Counted from the stretch's first letter, positions 38,052-51,132 are shown. The stretch: 64,000 nt of DNA from Octopus vulgaris (GCA_951406725.2 OX597816.1:15748001-15812000), one strand, 5' to 3'. Program-made: numbers and translations. The notes: generated by a model not told the origin, from the letters alone.

Positions 38052-41000
38052 TCACACTCTCTTACAAAATATTTTTTGTAAATGTATAAATACATATACA
38101 CACAAAAGTATTTGAGTGAGTGTGCATGCACAGATGCACACACATGTATACAGTCATATATACTCTACTCTTATGCAGACAAAACTTTTTAGAAAATTTT
38201 ATATATACATATATATATATATATAATAATATTAATAATAGTAACTGATAAAAGCTGGGTTTTTTTCTAAGACATATATATATATATATATATGTATATA
38301 TGCGTGTGTATGTGGTACGTGCACATTAAATTGTTTGTGTCAGTTTAATTTATCTCTATAGAAGTGAGAAAGAAATAATAGTGATAACATAATTCCGCTA
38401 TTTACTCTCTTCTCGTCTACAGAACCTGATGCCATTTAACATGTAGTAACGTCATATTTGACTATGAGAAGTAGAATTTAAACAAACACAATTTCAGAAT
38501 TTGATGATAATAATCATCATCACCACCATCATCATGATCAGCATCACAATGTGATAGATGTTAGTTTTTTTGGGGTTTTTTTTTGGTTTTTGTTTTATAG
38601 AATATTGACAACATTGAGCCAACTTTATCATTCCACAGCTAAAGTAGATTATCTCATCCAAATATTTTCCTTTTATAGCTTTGGTTAAACACAAATATGT
38701 CAGATAGGATTTCAAGGACTTTATTTCTTATAATTTAGAAATCTTTGGCTTAGTAAAAATTCCTTTTGTAAACACAGTGTACAAATGATCAACACTAAGT
38801 AGGGATGGCCATGTTGTTGTTGTTGTTTAGTTTCTGTTCAGCCCTCACTGCAGAGACCTCATGATAAAAGTCATTTCAACTTGAAAATCCTGTCCTTTTC
38901 TCTGGCAGAGTGCACATAGAACCATCTTATTCAAAGCATCTTTTGTCTGAGATAGTAGCCTGATATTTGAAGGATATTTAACTGCTATTTTCTTTTCTGG
39001 GCTCGCATTATGACTGGTGTTCTTTCTCTCCTTGATGAAGCTCAAAAACAATTTGTCTACTTTAAGATAAGCCGATATTTGAGGGAGAATTGTCTGCTAT
39101 TTTCACATTTGGGCTGATGCATCTTCCTTATTTCTTTATTGCCCACAAGGGGCTAAACATAGAGGGGACAAACAAGGACAGATAAAGGGATTAAGTCAAG
39201 TACATTGACCCAAGTGCATAACAGGTACTTAATTTATCGACCCCCAAAAGGATGAAAGGCAAAGTCGACCTCGGCGGAATTTGAACTCAGAACATAGCAG
39301 CAGACGAAATACCGCTAAGCATTTCGCCCGGCTTGCTAACATTTCTGCCAGCTCACCGCCTTCTGTTATCAATTAAGTTCAGGCTATGGTTTGAGGGAGA
39401 TTTTGGCTGCTATTTTCATATCTTGGCTAGTACTACATCTGCTGTTCTTTTCCTTGATCAAACTCAAAAACAAGTTTTCTACTTTAAGATGGTAAGCTGT
39501 TATTTGAGGGAGAGTTGGCTGCTGTTTTCAAATATGGGCTGTTGCCTCTGCTGGTGTTTGTTCTCTCCTCGATCCAGTTCAAAAGCAATTTTCTGACATT
39601 GCTTTTCCTTTATCTTTTACTTGTTTCAATCTTTAAACTGCGGCCATGCTGGGGCACCAGCTCCAAAAATTTTAGTCAAATGAATTGATTCCAGTACTTA
39701 TTAATTTTTTAAGCCTGATAATTATTCTCTTGATCTCTAAATTATGGGAAAACAAACAAACCAACACCAGTTGTCATGCAATAGTGGGGAACAAACACAC
39801 ACACACACACATGATGGGCTTCATTCAGTTTCTGCCTACGAAAATACTGCCTCACAAGACTTTGGTTGGCCCCAAGCTATAGTAGAAGACACTTGCCTAA
39901 AATATCATGCAGCAGGACTGAACCTGGAACCATGTGGCTGGGAAAAAGACTACTTACCACTCAGCCACTCCTGCACCTTCGTTTATTATTTTTGAAGTTC
40001 AACTTTAACCCTTCTCTCATTACTGGGACATTCTTTTTATCTATGCTATGGTACCTGTTCAGCTGAACTTCCCTTCTCATGAGCTTCCCTTTTTTTTTTC
40101 ATTTTCTTTTTCATTCTTATGCTTCTCCTTTAATCAAGTGACTCACAATCCTTCTAATTCTCTTCCTTTCAATGTTGTTCTTGTTGTTGCTTCCAATTGC
40201 TTGAAGAGTTTCTCTCAAATAGCTGTCTTATAGAACTCTCTTACTTCTCATTTCTCTGATATAATCTTAATTCTTTTAAATCTTGTTCTGATTGATTTAT
40301 AGATTTTAGGGCGGTATCTCATTAGATTTCCTTTCTTTTGTAACTCCCACAAGACTAAGTAATTGCTTGAGGTTTGTTTTATTACTGTTTGCTCGCTGCT
40401 GCCTTCTTGGAAGTGACTTACAACAACAAAAGAAAACACGTAGAGGTGTGGTTATGAGATTAAGAAGCTCGCTTCACAACCATGGGGTTTTCAGTTCAGT
40501 CCCACTGTGCAGCACTTTAAGAAAGTATATTCTACCATAGCTCTGAATCAACCAATGCCATGTGAGGGAATTTGATCAAGGAAAATTGTGTGGCAACCGA
40601 TTGTGTATGTGTGTGTGTGTGTGGCCACCATGTAACAGATGTTGGTTTCTCTATCCCCTTAACTTAGCAGTTTAACAAAAGAGACTGCTAAATTAAATAC
40701 CAGGCTAAATACTAAAAATAGTACTGGGATTTGATTGGTTTTGATGAAATTTTTCAGGGTATTGCTCCAGCATGACCTGGCTTGTAGATGACGAAAGTGA
40801 TGGAGATGTTGAATTAACAAAATTGCTAGTTTATGTTCAATCACTAACGATGCAATTTGTCTATAACCTATAGATCATCATCATCATCGTTTAACATCTG
40901 TTTTCCATGCTAGTATGTGTTGGATGGTTTGACTGGGGACTGGCAAGCCAGGAGGCTGCACCAGGCTCCAGTCTGATCTGGCAATGTTTCTACATCTGGA

Positions 41001-42030
41001 TGCCCTTCCTAACGCCAGCCATTCCAAGGGTATACTGGGTGCTTTTTACATGCCACCAGCACAGGAGCCAGTGGATGGGAGGCTGGCATGGACCATGTTC
41101 AGATGGAGCTCTTCACATGCCACTGGCACAGGGAGCCAGTCAGGCAGCTCTGGCAATGACCCACACATGAATGGTGCTTATAGTGTACCAGCAGCACTGG
41201 TATCAGCCACAACTACAATTTCTATTTGATTGTGATTTGATATTATTAACTGTAAAATTAGTACCACACAATGGATGAAAAACTCATTACTATAAACAGC
41301 AGAAGCACTGTATTATTGCCTAATGTTTCCATAGCTTATAGAACAGAATTCATCTCTTTCGAGTATAACTTGGAGTGGAGTGTGTTTTGCTACTATGTCC
41401 CCAGTACCTCACATTCATCTCCTGTGAATAGTGTTGCTATGATTCAAGGTTTTACAAGAAGCTAATTGTAAATAAACTGACACACAATCCAAGACAGTGC
41501 ACACACTCACACACATGTGTGTGAAGGGGCATGGTTAAGGTGTTGCACTTACGATTGTTAGATCAAGGGTTTCAATTACAAATCAAGTGATGCATAGTGT
41601 TCTTGAGCTCCAGTCTACTCAGCTGTAAATGGTTCACCTTCTGACAGAACAGATTTCTGATCAGGGAGGAATGTTAGCCTGCTTGCCAAGCCAGTGAGGT
41701 TGTGTCATACAAAACCTGAAACAATGTGAAGTGCACTGTGATCAGTGATGTATAACAGCATTCAGTAGAATAATCAATTCTGTGATATATACATATATAT
41801 ATATACTCATACGCCATATTTACTTGTATATAAGTCACACTATTTTATACCCAATTTTAAGTTTTAAAAAATTTATGAAGTAAATATGGTGTATGTATAT
41901 ATATGTATAATCATTTTACATCCACTTTTCCATGTTCTCATGCAGTGAACAGAGTTCATTAAGGAATGTTCTTATGTAACTTGTCTTGTAAGTAGGTAGA
42001 ATTTAGTAGCTCTAGCAGTTTTAATGTCTA

Positions 42031-42758
42031 ACCTGGGACGAGGTGGAGAAGCACGACCTTCGAACTTTAGGTCTCACTAAGGAAATGACTAGAGACCGAG
42101 ACCTCTGGAAGTGTGCTGTGCGCGAGAAGACCCGGCAGGACAAGTGAGTCCATAACCCATGGCCTTCTACATGGGATGGAGCCGGCCTACGTATGCATAC
42201 CTTCCCTTCTTGGGACACAAAACTCTACTTGTGAAGACGTGTTGAGGCAAGTGAGGATCAGAATCGAAATCGATCAATGGAAATTGCGGATGTGCTACCA
42301 GTGCCGGTGGCATGTCAAAACTCTGCTTGTGAAGACCCGTTGAGGCAAGTGAGAATCAGAATCGAAATCGATCAATGGAAATCGATCAATGGAAATTGCA
42401 GATGTGTTACCAGTGCCGGTGGCATGTAAGAGAACTTTCCGTTTCGCGACCGTTGCCAGCACCGCCCCGTTTCGTGTCCGTTGCCAGCCTCGCCTGGCCC
42501 TCGTGCCGGTGGCACATAAAAAGCACCATCCGTTCGTGGCCGTTTGCCAGCTCTGTCTGGCACCAGTGCGGGTGGCACGTAAAAGCACCCACTACACTCA
42601 CGGAGTGGTTGGCGTTAGGAAGGGCATCCAGCCGTAGAAACACTGCCAGATTTGACTGGGCCTGATGAAGCCTTCTGGCTTCACAGACCCCAGTAGAACC
42701 GTCCAACCCATGCTAGCATGGAAAACGGACGCTAAACAATGATGATGAATGATGATGA
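42031..42758 (+). mobile_element. 5'-truncated RTE-clade LINE (ORF C-terminus, 3'UTR, (GAT)n tail)
   Basis: 42031-42147 encodes TWDEVEKHDLRTLGLTKEMTRDRDLWKCAVREKTRQDK*, the typical RTE C-terminal W...D......DR..W pattern; CpG-rich, so relatively young. Confidence 0.88.
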
Positions 42759-42980
42759 TTAGTAAATAAATCTACTACAATAATTCCACACATAAGCTTG
42801 TTGAGACAAAATGAAAACTTGCAAAATAAAACATTTAATGTCATCACATTTCACCTGTTTCTAAGCTAGGTAATAATGTCCCATTGTCTAAAACGATTCC
42901 ACAGAAAATTGGAAATGGATGACTGCTTGTATGACAGTCACACAACTATGATGCAACATCCAGGCAGAAACATTTGCACG

Positions 42981-43397
42981 AAGGCGGCGAGCTGGCAGAA
43001 ACGTTAGCACGCCGGGCGAAATGCTTAGCAGTATTTCGTCTGCCGCTACATTCTGAGTTCAAATTCCACCGAGGTCGACTTTGCCTTTCATCCTTTTGGG
43101 GTCAATTAAATAAGTACCAGTTACACACTGCGGTCGATATAATCGACTTAATCCATTTATCTGTCCTTGTTTGTCCCCTCTATGTTTAGCCCCTTGTGGG
43201 TAGTAAACAAATACGTATTTCGTCTGTCTTTACGTTCTGAGTTCAAATTCTGCCAAGGTCGACTTTGCCTTTCATCCTTTCGGGGTCAATTAAACAAGTA
43301 CCAGTTGCACACTGGGGTCTGTAATCGACTTAATCCATTTGTCTGTCCTTGTTTGTCCCTTCTGTGTTTAGCCCCTTGTGGGCAGTAAAGAAATAAG
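42981..43397 (+). mobile_element. SINE B tandem dimer
   Basis: Same junction position as the 19923 and 21016 dimers. Confidence 0.85.
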
Positions 43398-43544
43398 AAA
43401 CATATGCACATGCACATATTACAGGCTTCTTTGAAAACTTTGGTCAGCCTGGGGTTATAGTGGAAGACATTTTTACCCAAGGTGAATCACAATGTGACTG
43501 AACCTGAAGCTATGCAATTAGAAAGCACAAGTGCTTTTACATAC

Positions 43545-43822
43545 CGGTGACATGTAGAAGCACCTGTGCTGGTGACACATAATGGTACCTGTGGAATGTA
43601 ACCGGTACCCATGCTAGTGACATGTAAGAACACCCATGCTAGTGACACATAAAAGCACCAGTGACACATAACAGGCACCTGCGCTGGTGACACATAATGG
43701 CACCTGTGGAATGTAACAGGTACCCATGCTGGTGACATGTAAGAACACCCATGCTAGTGACACATAAAAGCACCAGTGACACATAACAGGCACCTGTGCT
43801 GGTGACACATAATGGTACCTAT
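43545..43822 (+). repeat. Minisatellite with ~23-bp subunits and a 115-bp higher-order period
   Basis: cacctg(t/c)gctggtgacacataatgg at 43561, 43676 and 43791; derived from the RTE 3'UTR internal repeat. Confidence 0.85.
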
Positions 43823-44868
43823 ACCTATTTCTTTACTACCCACAAGGAGCTAAACACAGAGAGGGCAAACAAGGACAGACACATGGATTAAGTCGATTAC
43901 ATCAACCCCAGTGCGTAACTGGTGCTTAATTTATCGAAAGGATGAAAGGCAAAGTCGACTTCGGCGGAATTTGAACTCAGAACGTAACGACAGACGAAAT
44001 ACCGCTAAGCATTTCACCCGGTGTGCTAACGTTTCTGCCAGTTTGCCGCCTTGGCCCCCTGTGGGTAGTAAAGAAATAGGTACCTATACCAGTGACATGC
44101 AAAAGCACCTTACTGATGACACATAAAAGGTGCCCATTACACTCTTGGAGTGGTTGGTGTTTTCATAGGCATCCAGCTGTAGAAACCATCCCAAAATCAG
44201 ACTGGAAGCTGATGTAGCTCTCCAGTTTATCTGTTCCAATCAAACTGTCAAACCCATGCCAGCATGGAAAGTGGACATTAAATGACAATGATCGCATGAT
44301 CAACCAGACTATAAGATACTGTTATACATCACTTGTCACAATGCACTTTGCATCATTTTAGCTTCTGATTGATGCCACACAATACTGGCTAGGTGAGCAG
44401 ACCAATATCCACCCCTCGCCCTCCACTGGAGGGTTAGCTGTAAATGGATAACGCTGCAGCAGATTGAGTGGACTGGAGCAATATGGAATGAAGTATTTTG
44501 CTCAAGAACACACACTGGTCAGTCCAGGAATTGAACTTCCGATCTTGCAATCATGAGTGCAGAGATGTATATTAGTTTTTATTTAGTTAAGCCTGAAAGC
44601 TGCAACCACCATCTGCAGAGATTAAATACTTACATTTAAAGCAGAGAGTCAGATAGCACAAACTACTTTATCTGGTTGTTTATAATCTGTGAAAAGTTTT
44701 CTCATCATCTTGCATAGATATTAAATATTCTTATCATGTTCTTATGTAACTTGTCTTGTAACTAGGTAGAATTTAGTGGCTCTTGCAATTTTAATGTCTA
44801 TTAGTAAATAAATCTGCTACAATAATTCCACACATAAGCTTATTGTGACAAAATGAAAATAAACACTT

Positions 44869-45130
44869 CATCATCATCATTTAGCATCCGCTTTCCATGC
44901 TAGCATGGGTTGGACGGTTCAACTGGGGTCTGTGAAGCCAGAAGGCTGCATCAGGCCCAGTCTGATCTGGCAGTATTTCTACGGCTGGATGCCCTTCCTA
45001 ACGCCAACCACTCCGTGAGTGTAGTGGGTGCTTTTTACGTGCCACCCGCACAGGTGCCAGGCAAAGCTGGCAACGGCCACACGAACGGATGGTGCTTTCA
45101 CGTGCCACTGGCATGGGGGCCAGGCGAGGC
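44869..45130 (-). mobile_element. RTE 3'UTR fragment
   Basis: Reverse complement of ~42480-42745. Confidence 0.85.
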
Positions 45131-45825
45131 TTGCAAAATAAAAACGGACTTGCAAAATAAAAATTGTCTCAGTGAAGCAGTATGTAAATAATAGTGTGAA
45201 GACTCAGTGAAAATGTTATTCTAGCAATTTTCACTGGTTTCTATTTGGGAAATACCGTTAGCTATTATGCAACTGTGTTGATTTGGGTCTGGCAGACTGG
45301 GTGAAAGAGATATGATTAGTCATTTTCGATTAACCGCAGGAATTACCACAGTTGAGGAAATTCCAGACACCTGATGCCCTGAAGAGGAAGGCAATTGGTG
45401 CAGTGAGGGGCACATTGTAGGTGACAAGAGGAAATTGCTAGGTAGACATAGTGTATAATTAACTGAATCTCAGGAGCAAGGAAAAGTTGTAGTAGCAGTA
45501 ATAAGCAGAGGAGAGAGAGAGAGACAAAGTATCTGGGGGTTACAGAATGAAGTTTATGTGTGAGTGACATTATGTATTTCTTTACTACCCACAAGGGGCT
45601 AAACATAGAGGGGACAAACAAGGACAGACATAGGTATTAAGTCGATTACATTGACTCCAGTGCATAACTGGTACTTTATTTATCGACCCCGAGAGGATGA
45701 AAGGCAATGTCGACATTATGGTCAACAGTTGGGTTGTTTTCTTTTTGTGTGAGATATATGCAGAACAACAGCATTATTCCAGTTGCAAGAGCAGTAGTCT
45801 ATTGTGGATCTAACTTGAGCTTTAA

Positions 45826-46458
45826 TCTGTTAGCATTTAAACCACATCAGGCCAAAATACTCTCCGTGTTTTATATCCAAACTGGACAGATCCAGCCTCT
45901 TATACCAACCCTACAATCATCATCATCATTTAACGTCCGTTTTCTATGCTAGCATGGGTTGGAAGGTTCGATTGGGGTCTGGGAAGCCAAGAGGCTGCAC
46001 CAGGCTCCAGTCTGATCTGGCAGTGTTTCTACAGCTGGATGCCCTTCCTAATGCCAACCACTCCGTGAGAGCTTTTTACATGCCACTGGCACAGGTGCCA
46101 GGGGAGGCTGGCAATGGCCACGATCGGTTGGTGCTTTTTACGTGCCACAGGCACGGAAGCCAGTTATGGTGACGCTGACATCGGCCACATACGGATGGTG
46201 CTTTTTTAGGTGCTAGGGTAGGCTGGCAACGGCCACGATTGGTTGGTGCATTTTATGTGCTACCGGCACGGAAGCCAGTCAAGGCGGCGCTGGCATCGGC
46301 CACGTACAGATGGTGCTTTTTACGTGCCACCGGCACAATGTCACTCTAAAAATATAAAATTATTTATCAAAATCTCAAAGCAACAAGATAATGCATAATT
46401 CGAAACAATGTGAATAAATAAGCATTACATTACACAGAGTAATCTGAATGTGAAAAGG
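45826..46458. mobile_element. piggyBac-type MITE with nested RTE 3'UTR fragment (~45917-46335)
   Basis: TTAA flanks at both ends; body homologous to 2296-2517; insert flanked by acaat repeat. Confidence 0.7.
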
Positions 46459-48497
46459 TTAAAGAGAATCAAAACCTGTCAGAAACTAGAGTATCTCCTG
46501 GCCCCGAATAAGAAGGTGGGGTTTGGCAATTAGAGCTTTTGATATAGTAATAACAAAAGCTCATAGGCTGAAGGATATAACATGCGATTCCAAATGCTAC
46601 TGAATTAAATGCAAGGCTACAGAACAATTCTGAACTAAAACAAAATTTACTACAAACACATACAAGATAAACAAACCTGAAATACTAATTGTATTACTAC
46701 AATATTAACTACTATTATTATGGTAGTGAGCTGGCATAACCTTTAGTACACTGGACAAAATGCTCAATGCATTTCACTCATCTTTATGTCCTAAGTTCAA
46801 AACTGCCAAGATCAATTTTTGCCTTTCTTCCTTTTAAAATAAATGTGCCCTTTTAAAGCCTAGCCAGGCTCATGGACTCGGTTTCCCGGTTTCAGTGGCG
46901 TATGTGTTCCCCAGCTGGATGGGACGCCAGTCCATCACAGCGTTACTCATTTTTGCCAGCTGAGTGGACTGGAGCAACGTGAAATGAAGTGTTTTGCTCA
47001 AGAACACAACACGTCCCCTGGGTCCAGGAATTGAAACCACAATCTTACGATCATGATTCTGACACCCTAACCACTAAGCCATGTGCCTCCACTCTTTCTT
47101 CCTTTTGGGATCAATAAAACAAGTACCAGTTGAGTACTGAGGTTGATGTACTTGAATAGTGCCCCCCACCCCCAAAAAATGTCATGCCTTGTACATTTAA
47201 TAAAAAGTATTATTATTACACTCAAAGTTAAGCCTTCTTGTTCAGAGCCAGAAAAGAGAAAAAAGAATTGAATTTTGTAGAGGACCAAAACACTGGAAAC
47301 TAAAATTAGCTCCACAACAGAATACTGTTCCCTACTCTTGAACAGCGTTGCTGCTGCATATGAACATATTAGACTGTATCCGAAATAAAAACCACCCAGT
47401 TAATTGCTGTAATTCAAAAAGAAAGCCATCACAAATAACATTACAGCTGTTGTTATTTAACAGCTCTGATCAGTCATACTGAAACAGGCTCCCAGCAGAA
47501 AGACAGCTGATTAAATGTCTATCAAGCCAGATCTACAGATGTTCAGTTTGTTGCTTTATGTCAAACAGCATCCAATTATTTGTTGTTCTAATTGTGGCTT
47601 TCTTGTAGAGAATATTGTCTTTTGATTTAAAGACTAGAAACAATTTTCAGATTTTAAAAACATAATAGGGCAAGCTGTTACTGGCTCAGCTAATTACCCA
47701 GTTTAGTGGAGGTTGAATAGGAAGGTTAACACAATAGTTAGAGACTTTGGTTACTTTGTATGTTATTTTAACAATTGTGGAAAATATTAGAGTCAAATTA
47801 TATAAGTGGAAATGCTGAATAAATCAATTAAGTTTTGTTCTATTATAAAAACCAGCAAGGAAAATATATTCCCTGGTTGTCGATAAGTCAAAATTTGACA
47901 ATGAAATGTCTGATTGACAAGATAAAATTATTGATAATGTATGAAATGGTTTCAATTTTGGCATCAAGAAAGTTGCCCAAAATAAGGTGAAATGTCACTA
48001 TGCTCATAAGATGTACATGACCCTTATAAAATAGAGAATGTTAAGTTTAAAGAAATAAAAAGCAGGGTTACTATTGTGAAATGTTATAGTACTCAAACTA
48101 TCAAGAGATAGAGGGATAATGAATCTGTTTTTTAGGCACTAATACATTTTCATGGGGAACTGTACCACATGCTAATAATGTGCATAAAAAGAATCTGATT
48201 TCATGTGCAGCAATGTATATAGAAAAGTGTGATCAGCCGTCGCAATAATTAGACAAATATGTTGGATATAGCTGCTAAAACTGTTGCCATGTATGACTGC
48301 AATTGCTATCAGATGACATGCATGCCAATTAATCTAGCCACATGCTAATTACTGATAGAGAATGATAGAGAATTAAATGTCAAAATTTACTCAGCTGTAA
48401 ATGATAACCATGGGTGTAAGTTCACTTTGCTAACACATTAGAAATATGGTCTTACTTTTTCCTGGAAAGTTTCATTACACAATTCTTTCTACAAATG

Positions 48498-48954
48498 TGG
48501 AGGTGCATGGCTTAGTGGTTAGGGTGTCAGCATCATGATCGTAAGATTGTGGTTTCGATTCCTGGACTGGGCGATGTGTTGTGTTGTGTTCTTGAGCAAA
48601 AGACTTCATTTCACGTTGTGCCAGTCCACTCAGCTGGCAAAAATGAGTAATGCTGCAGAACAGATTCACCATAGAAACCAGGCCCATGAGCCTGGCTAGG
48701 CTTTAAAAGGGCACATTTATTTTGAAGGCGGTGAGCTGGCAGAAACGTTAGCATGCCGGGCGAAATCCTTAGCAGTATTTCATCTGCCGTTATGTTCTGA
48801 GTTCAAATTCCGCCAAGGTCGACTTTGCCTTTCATCCTTTCTGGGTCAATAAATTAAGTACCAGTTATGCACTGGGGTCGATGTAGACTTAATCCCTTTG
48901 TCTGTCCTTGTTTGTCCCCTCTATGTTTAACCCCTTGTGGGCAATAAAGAAATA
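48498..48954 (+). mobile_element. SINE C + SINE B tandem inside one 19-bp TSD
   Basis: acaattctttctacaaatg (48479-48497) and acagttctttctacaaatg (48955-48973). Confidence 0.85.
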
Positions 48955-49713
48955 ACAGTTCTTTCTACAAATGATCTCTGCCTTCTTCAGTCTTTTTGCT
49001 CTGCACTTCATGCCAATAAAACACCTAACAATTGCAGTGGCTCCGATGCCTACAGCAGTAAGCTGCACCTCTACATAGCATTTTAGTTTAAGGAAAGGTA
49101 TTAAGTTATGATCCTCTTTGTACTATTTCCTGTATCCTCCAACACTACAAAAAAGCAACTCAAATGAGTCAGGTTATTGTTGTAGTTTTATTTCTTTTAT
49201 AAATAAAGTTACAAACTTCTATTTAAATTGAAGAGCAAAAATTTGAATAACTTTCAGAAAAAAAAATATCTTAATTTCACTCTTCTCTACCAAAAACAAC
49301 ATCTAAAGCACAAAAGTTGCATTGCTGAAATAGTCTTCCTGTTATTAATCCTATTTTATCTACAAATTTTTTACTCCTAATCACACTGATGTGAGATTAT
49401 GCTTTTAAAAGAGGTATATTTTTCTACTTAACCCCAGTATTAGGAAATAATAACAGACCCCCTTCATCTTGGTGTTTATGTGTGAAGAAGCACATTCGTT
49501 CATGCACTGACTATTTTGTGCTCATATTTTTAATGGAATAAAGTGTGTGCTTTGATTAATTTTCAAAAATAAAAGAAAATTTAATGATAAGGGTTTTATG
49601 AAACAACAGCTCAGAATCAAGATTATTGATCATTCATCCATTATTGATTTTGAATTGTTCTTTTTATTATGCATATGGCCACTAATCATTTCTGTTTTCT
49701 TCTCTATCTTCAG

Positions 49714-50150
49714 TACCTGGTAAACAAATAACAATTGGTGAATGGATTTTTAACAGAGATCTTGGATTTATCCAAAGAGCCAAATATCGTCACGGTAGAA
49801 TCGTTATTCCATCTACAGGAGTATATTTCATCTATAGCCAAGTATCTTTCTTGGAGGTGGTTGATATCAAACAAGGCAACTCAAAACCACCATCAACAAC
49901 TTCACCAAGTTTATCACATTACCTCTATAGGTATAATTTGATCTATCCTCATGGAGGAGAAGAAACATTGATCCAAAACTCTATAACTAAGTGTTGGGGT
50001 CATAATAAATCCTTCGGGGAATACACTAGCTACCTTGGAGCAGTTTTTCAGCTGAGACAAGGGGATGAAATCTTTGTTAAGGTTTCAAATCTAACATTAC
50101 TAACAAATGACCCTAAATCAAATTATTTTGGATTGTTCAAAATTAATTGA
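49714..50150 (+). CDS. Terminal coding exon of TNF-superfamily ligand (TNF homology domain, TRAIL-like)
   Basis: Acceptor tctgttttcttctctatcttcag|, phase 1. Translates VPGKQITIGEWIFNRDLGFIQRAKYRHGRIVIPSTGVYFIYSQVSF...HYLYRYNLIYP...NSITKCW...YTSYLGAVFQLRQGDEIFVKVSNLTLLTNDPKSNYFGLFKIN*. Contains the THD signatures GxYxIYSQVxF, YLGAVFxLxxGDxIxV and FGLF. The tracked ORF 49851-50150 is its 3' part. Confidence 0.96.
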
Positions 50151-51101
50151 ATTTGGCAAAGAAAATAAAGGATGTTAGAGAGAAAGAAAAAAGGAAATTT
50201 CAAAAAAATATTCACACTTGCTCCAACTGATATGGTTTTTTTTTGGTTTTTTTACATAAAACCTGCAAACAAGTTAATGATAATCTCTCAATAAAATCCA
50301 ATTTTTTATACAATTACACACATCTTTAATAAGGTTCAGTTGGAAAAAAATATAAATTTAACAAATAAAATGAAAGAACTAAACCAAAAAAGCGAGAAAG
50401 TTAAAAACAGAAAAAAATTCTTTAAGTGGTTTTGAAAACTGAAAGCAAAAAAAAAAAAAAAAAAAATTGAATAAAAAAATATCCAAATGGTGGTGCTTTG
50501 AATGCATGAAATGTCAGAAATATGAGCTGGGTAAATCCTAAAGCATTTTAAAAGCTAAACATCTAAGAATATAAAGTGCAAAAGAGAGAAGAGCAAAGTC
50601 AGCCTTCACTCACCACTTCTATCTATTTCTATCACCTTAATGTCTGGTGAACCATAATGCTGTGATTATATAAAACAGCTCCTGTTTTGGTTTCTTTTAA
50701 AAGAATCACAGAATCAGTAGCCATAATTACACTGAAGATGAAATTGAGATGGGGGGGGGAGGCATAAATTAAATTTCTGTTTCATTAACAAATTATAAGA
50801 ATAATGAAAATAAGAATAATTATCATTTCAAACCTAGATTATGAAAATTATACATAGCCTTTCAATGTCAAGATCAAGGATTATATCCTTTGAAAGAAAG
50901 AATAAGGTTTATACATCTATATCCTGTGAATAAAAGAATTGAGATATATCTTTTGAATAAGCAATTTTAGGAGATATCTTTTGAATAAAAACAAAAACAA
51001 ACTAGGATATATATAAATGATAATTATATATATTGAATAAAAGAATTAGGATATAGATTTTATATATATATATATATATATATCTATTGAAAAAAATCTG
51101 G

Positions 51102-51132
<31 letters not shown>

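Noticed and set aside
43545-43822. Regular repeats resembling a CRISPR array
   Set aside because: Intervening sequences are themselves repeated; it is a LINE-derived minisatellite.
49735-49941. 68-aa ORF overlapping the TNF exon
   Set aside because: Alternative frame of the real THD exon.
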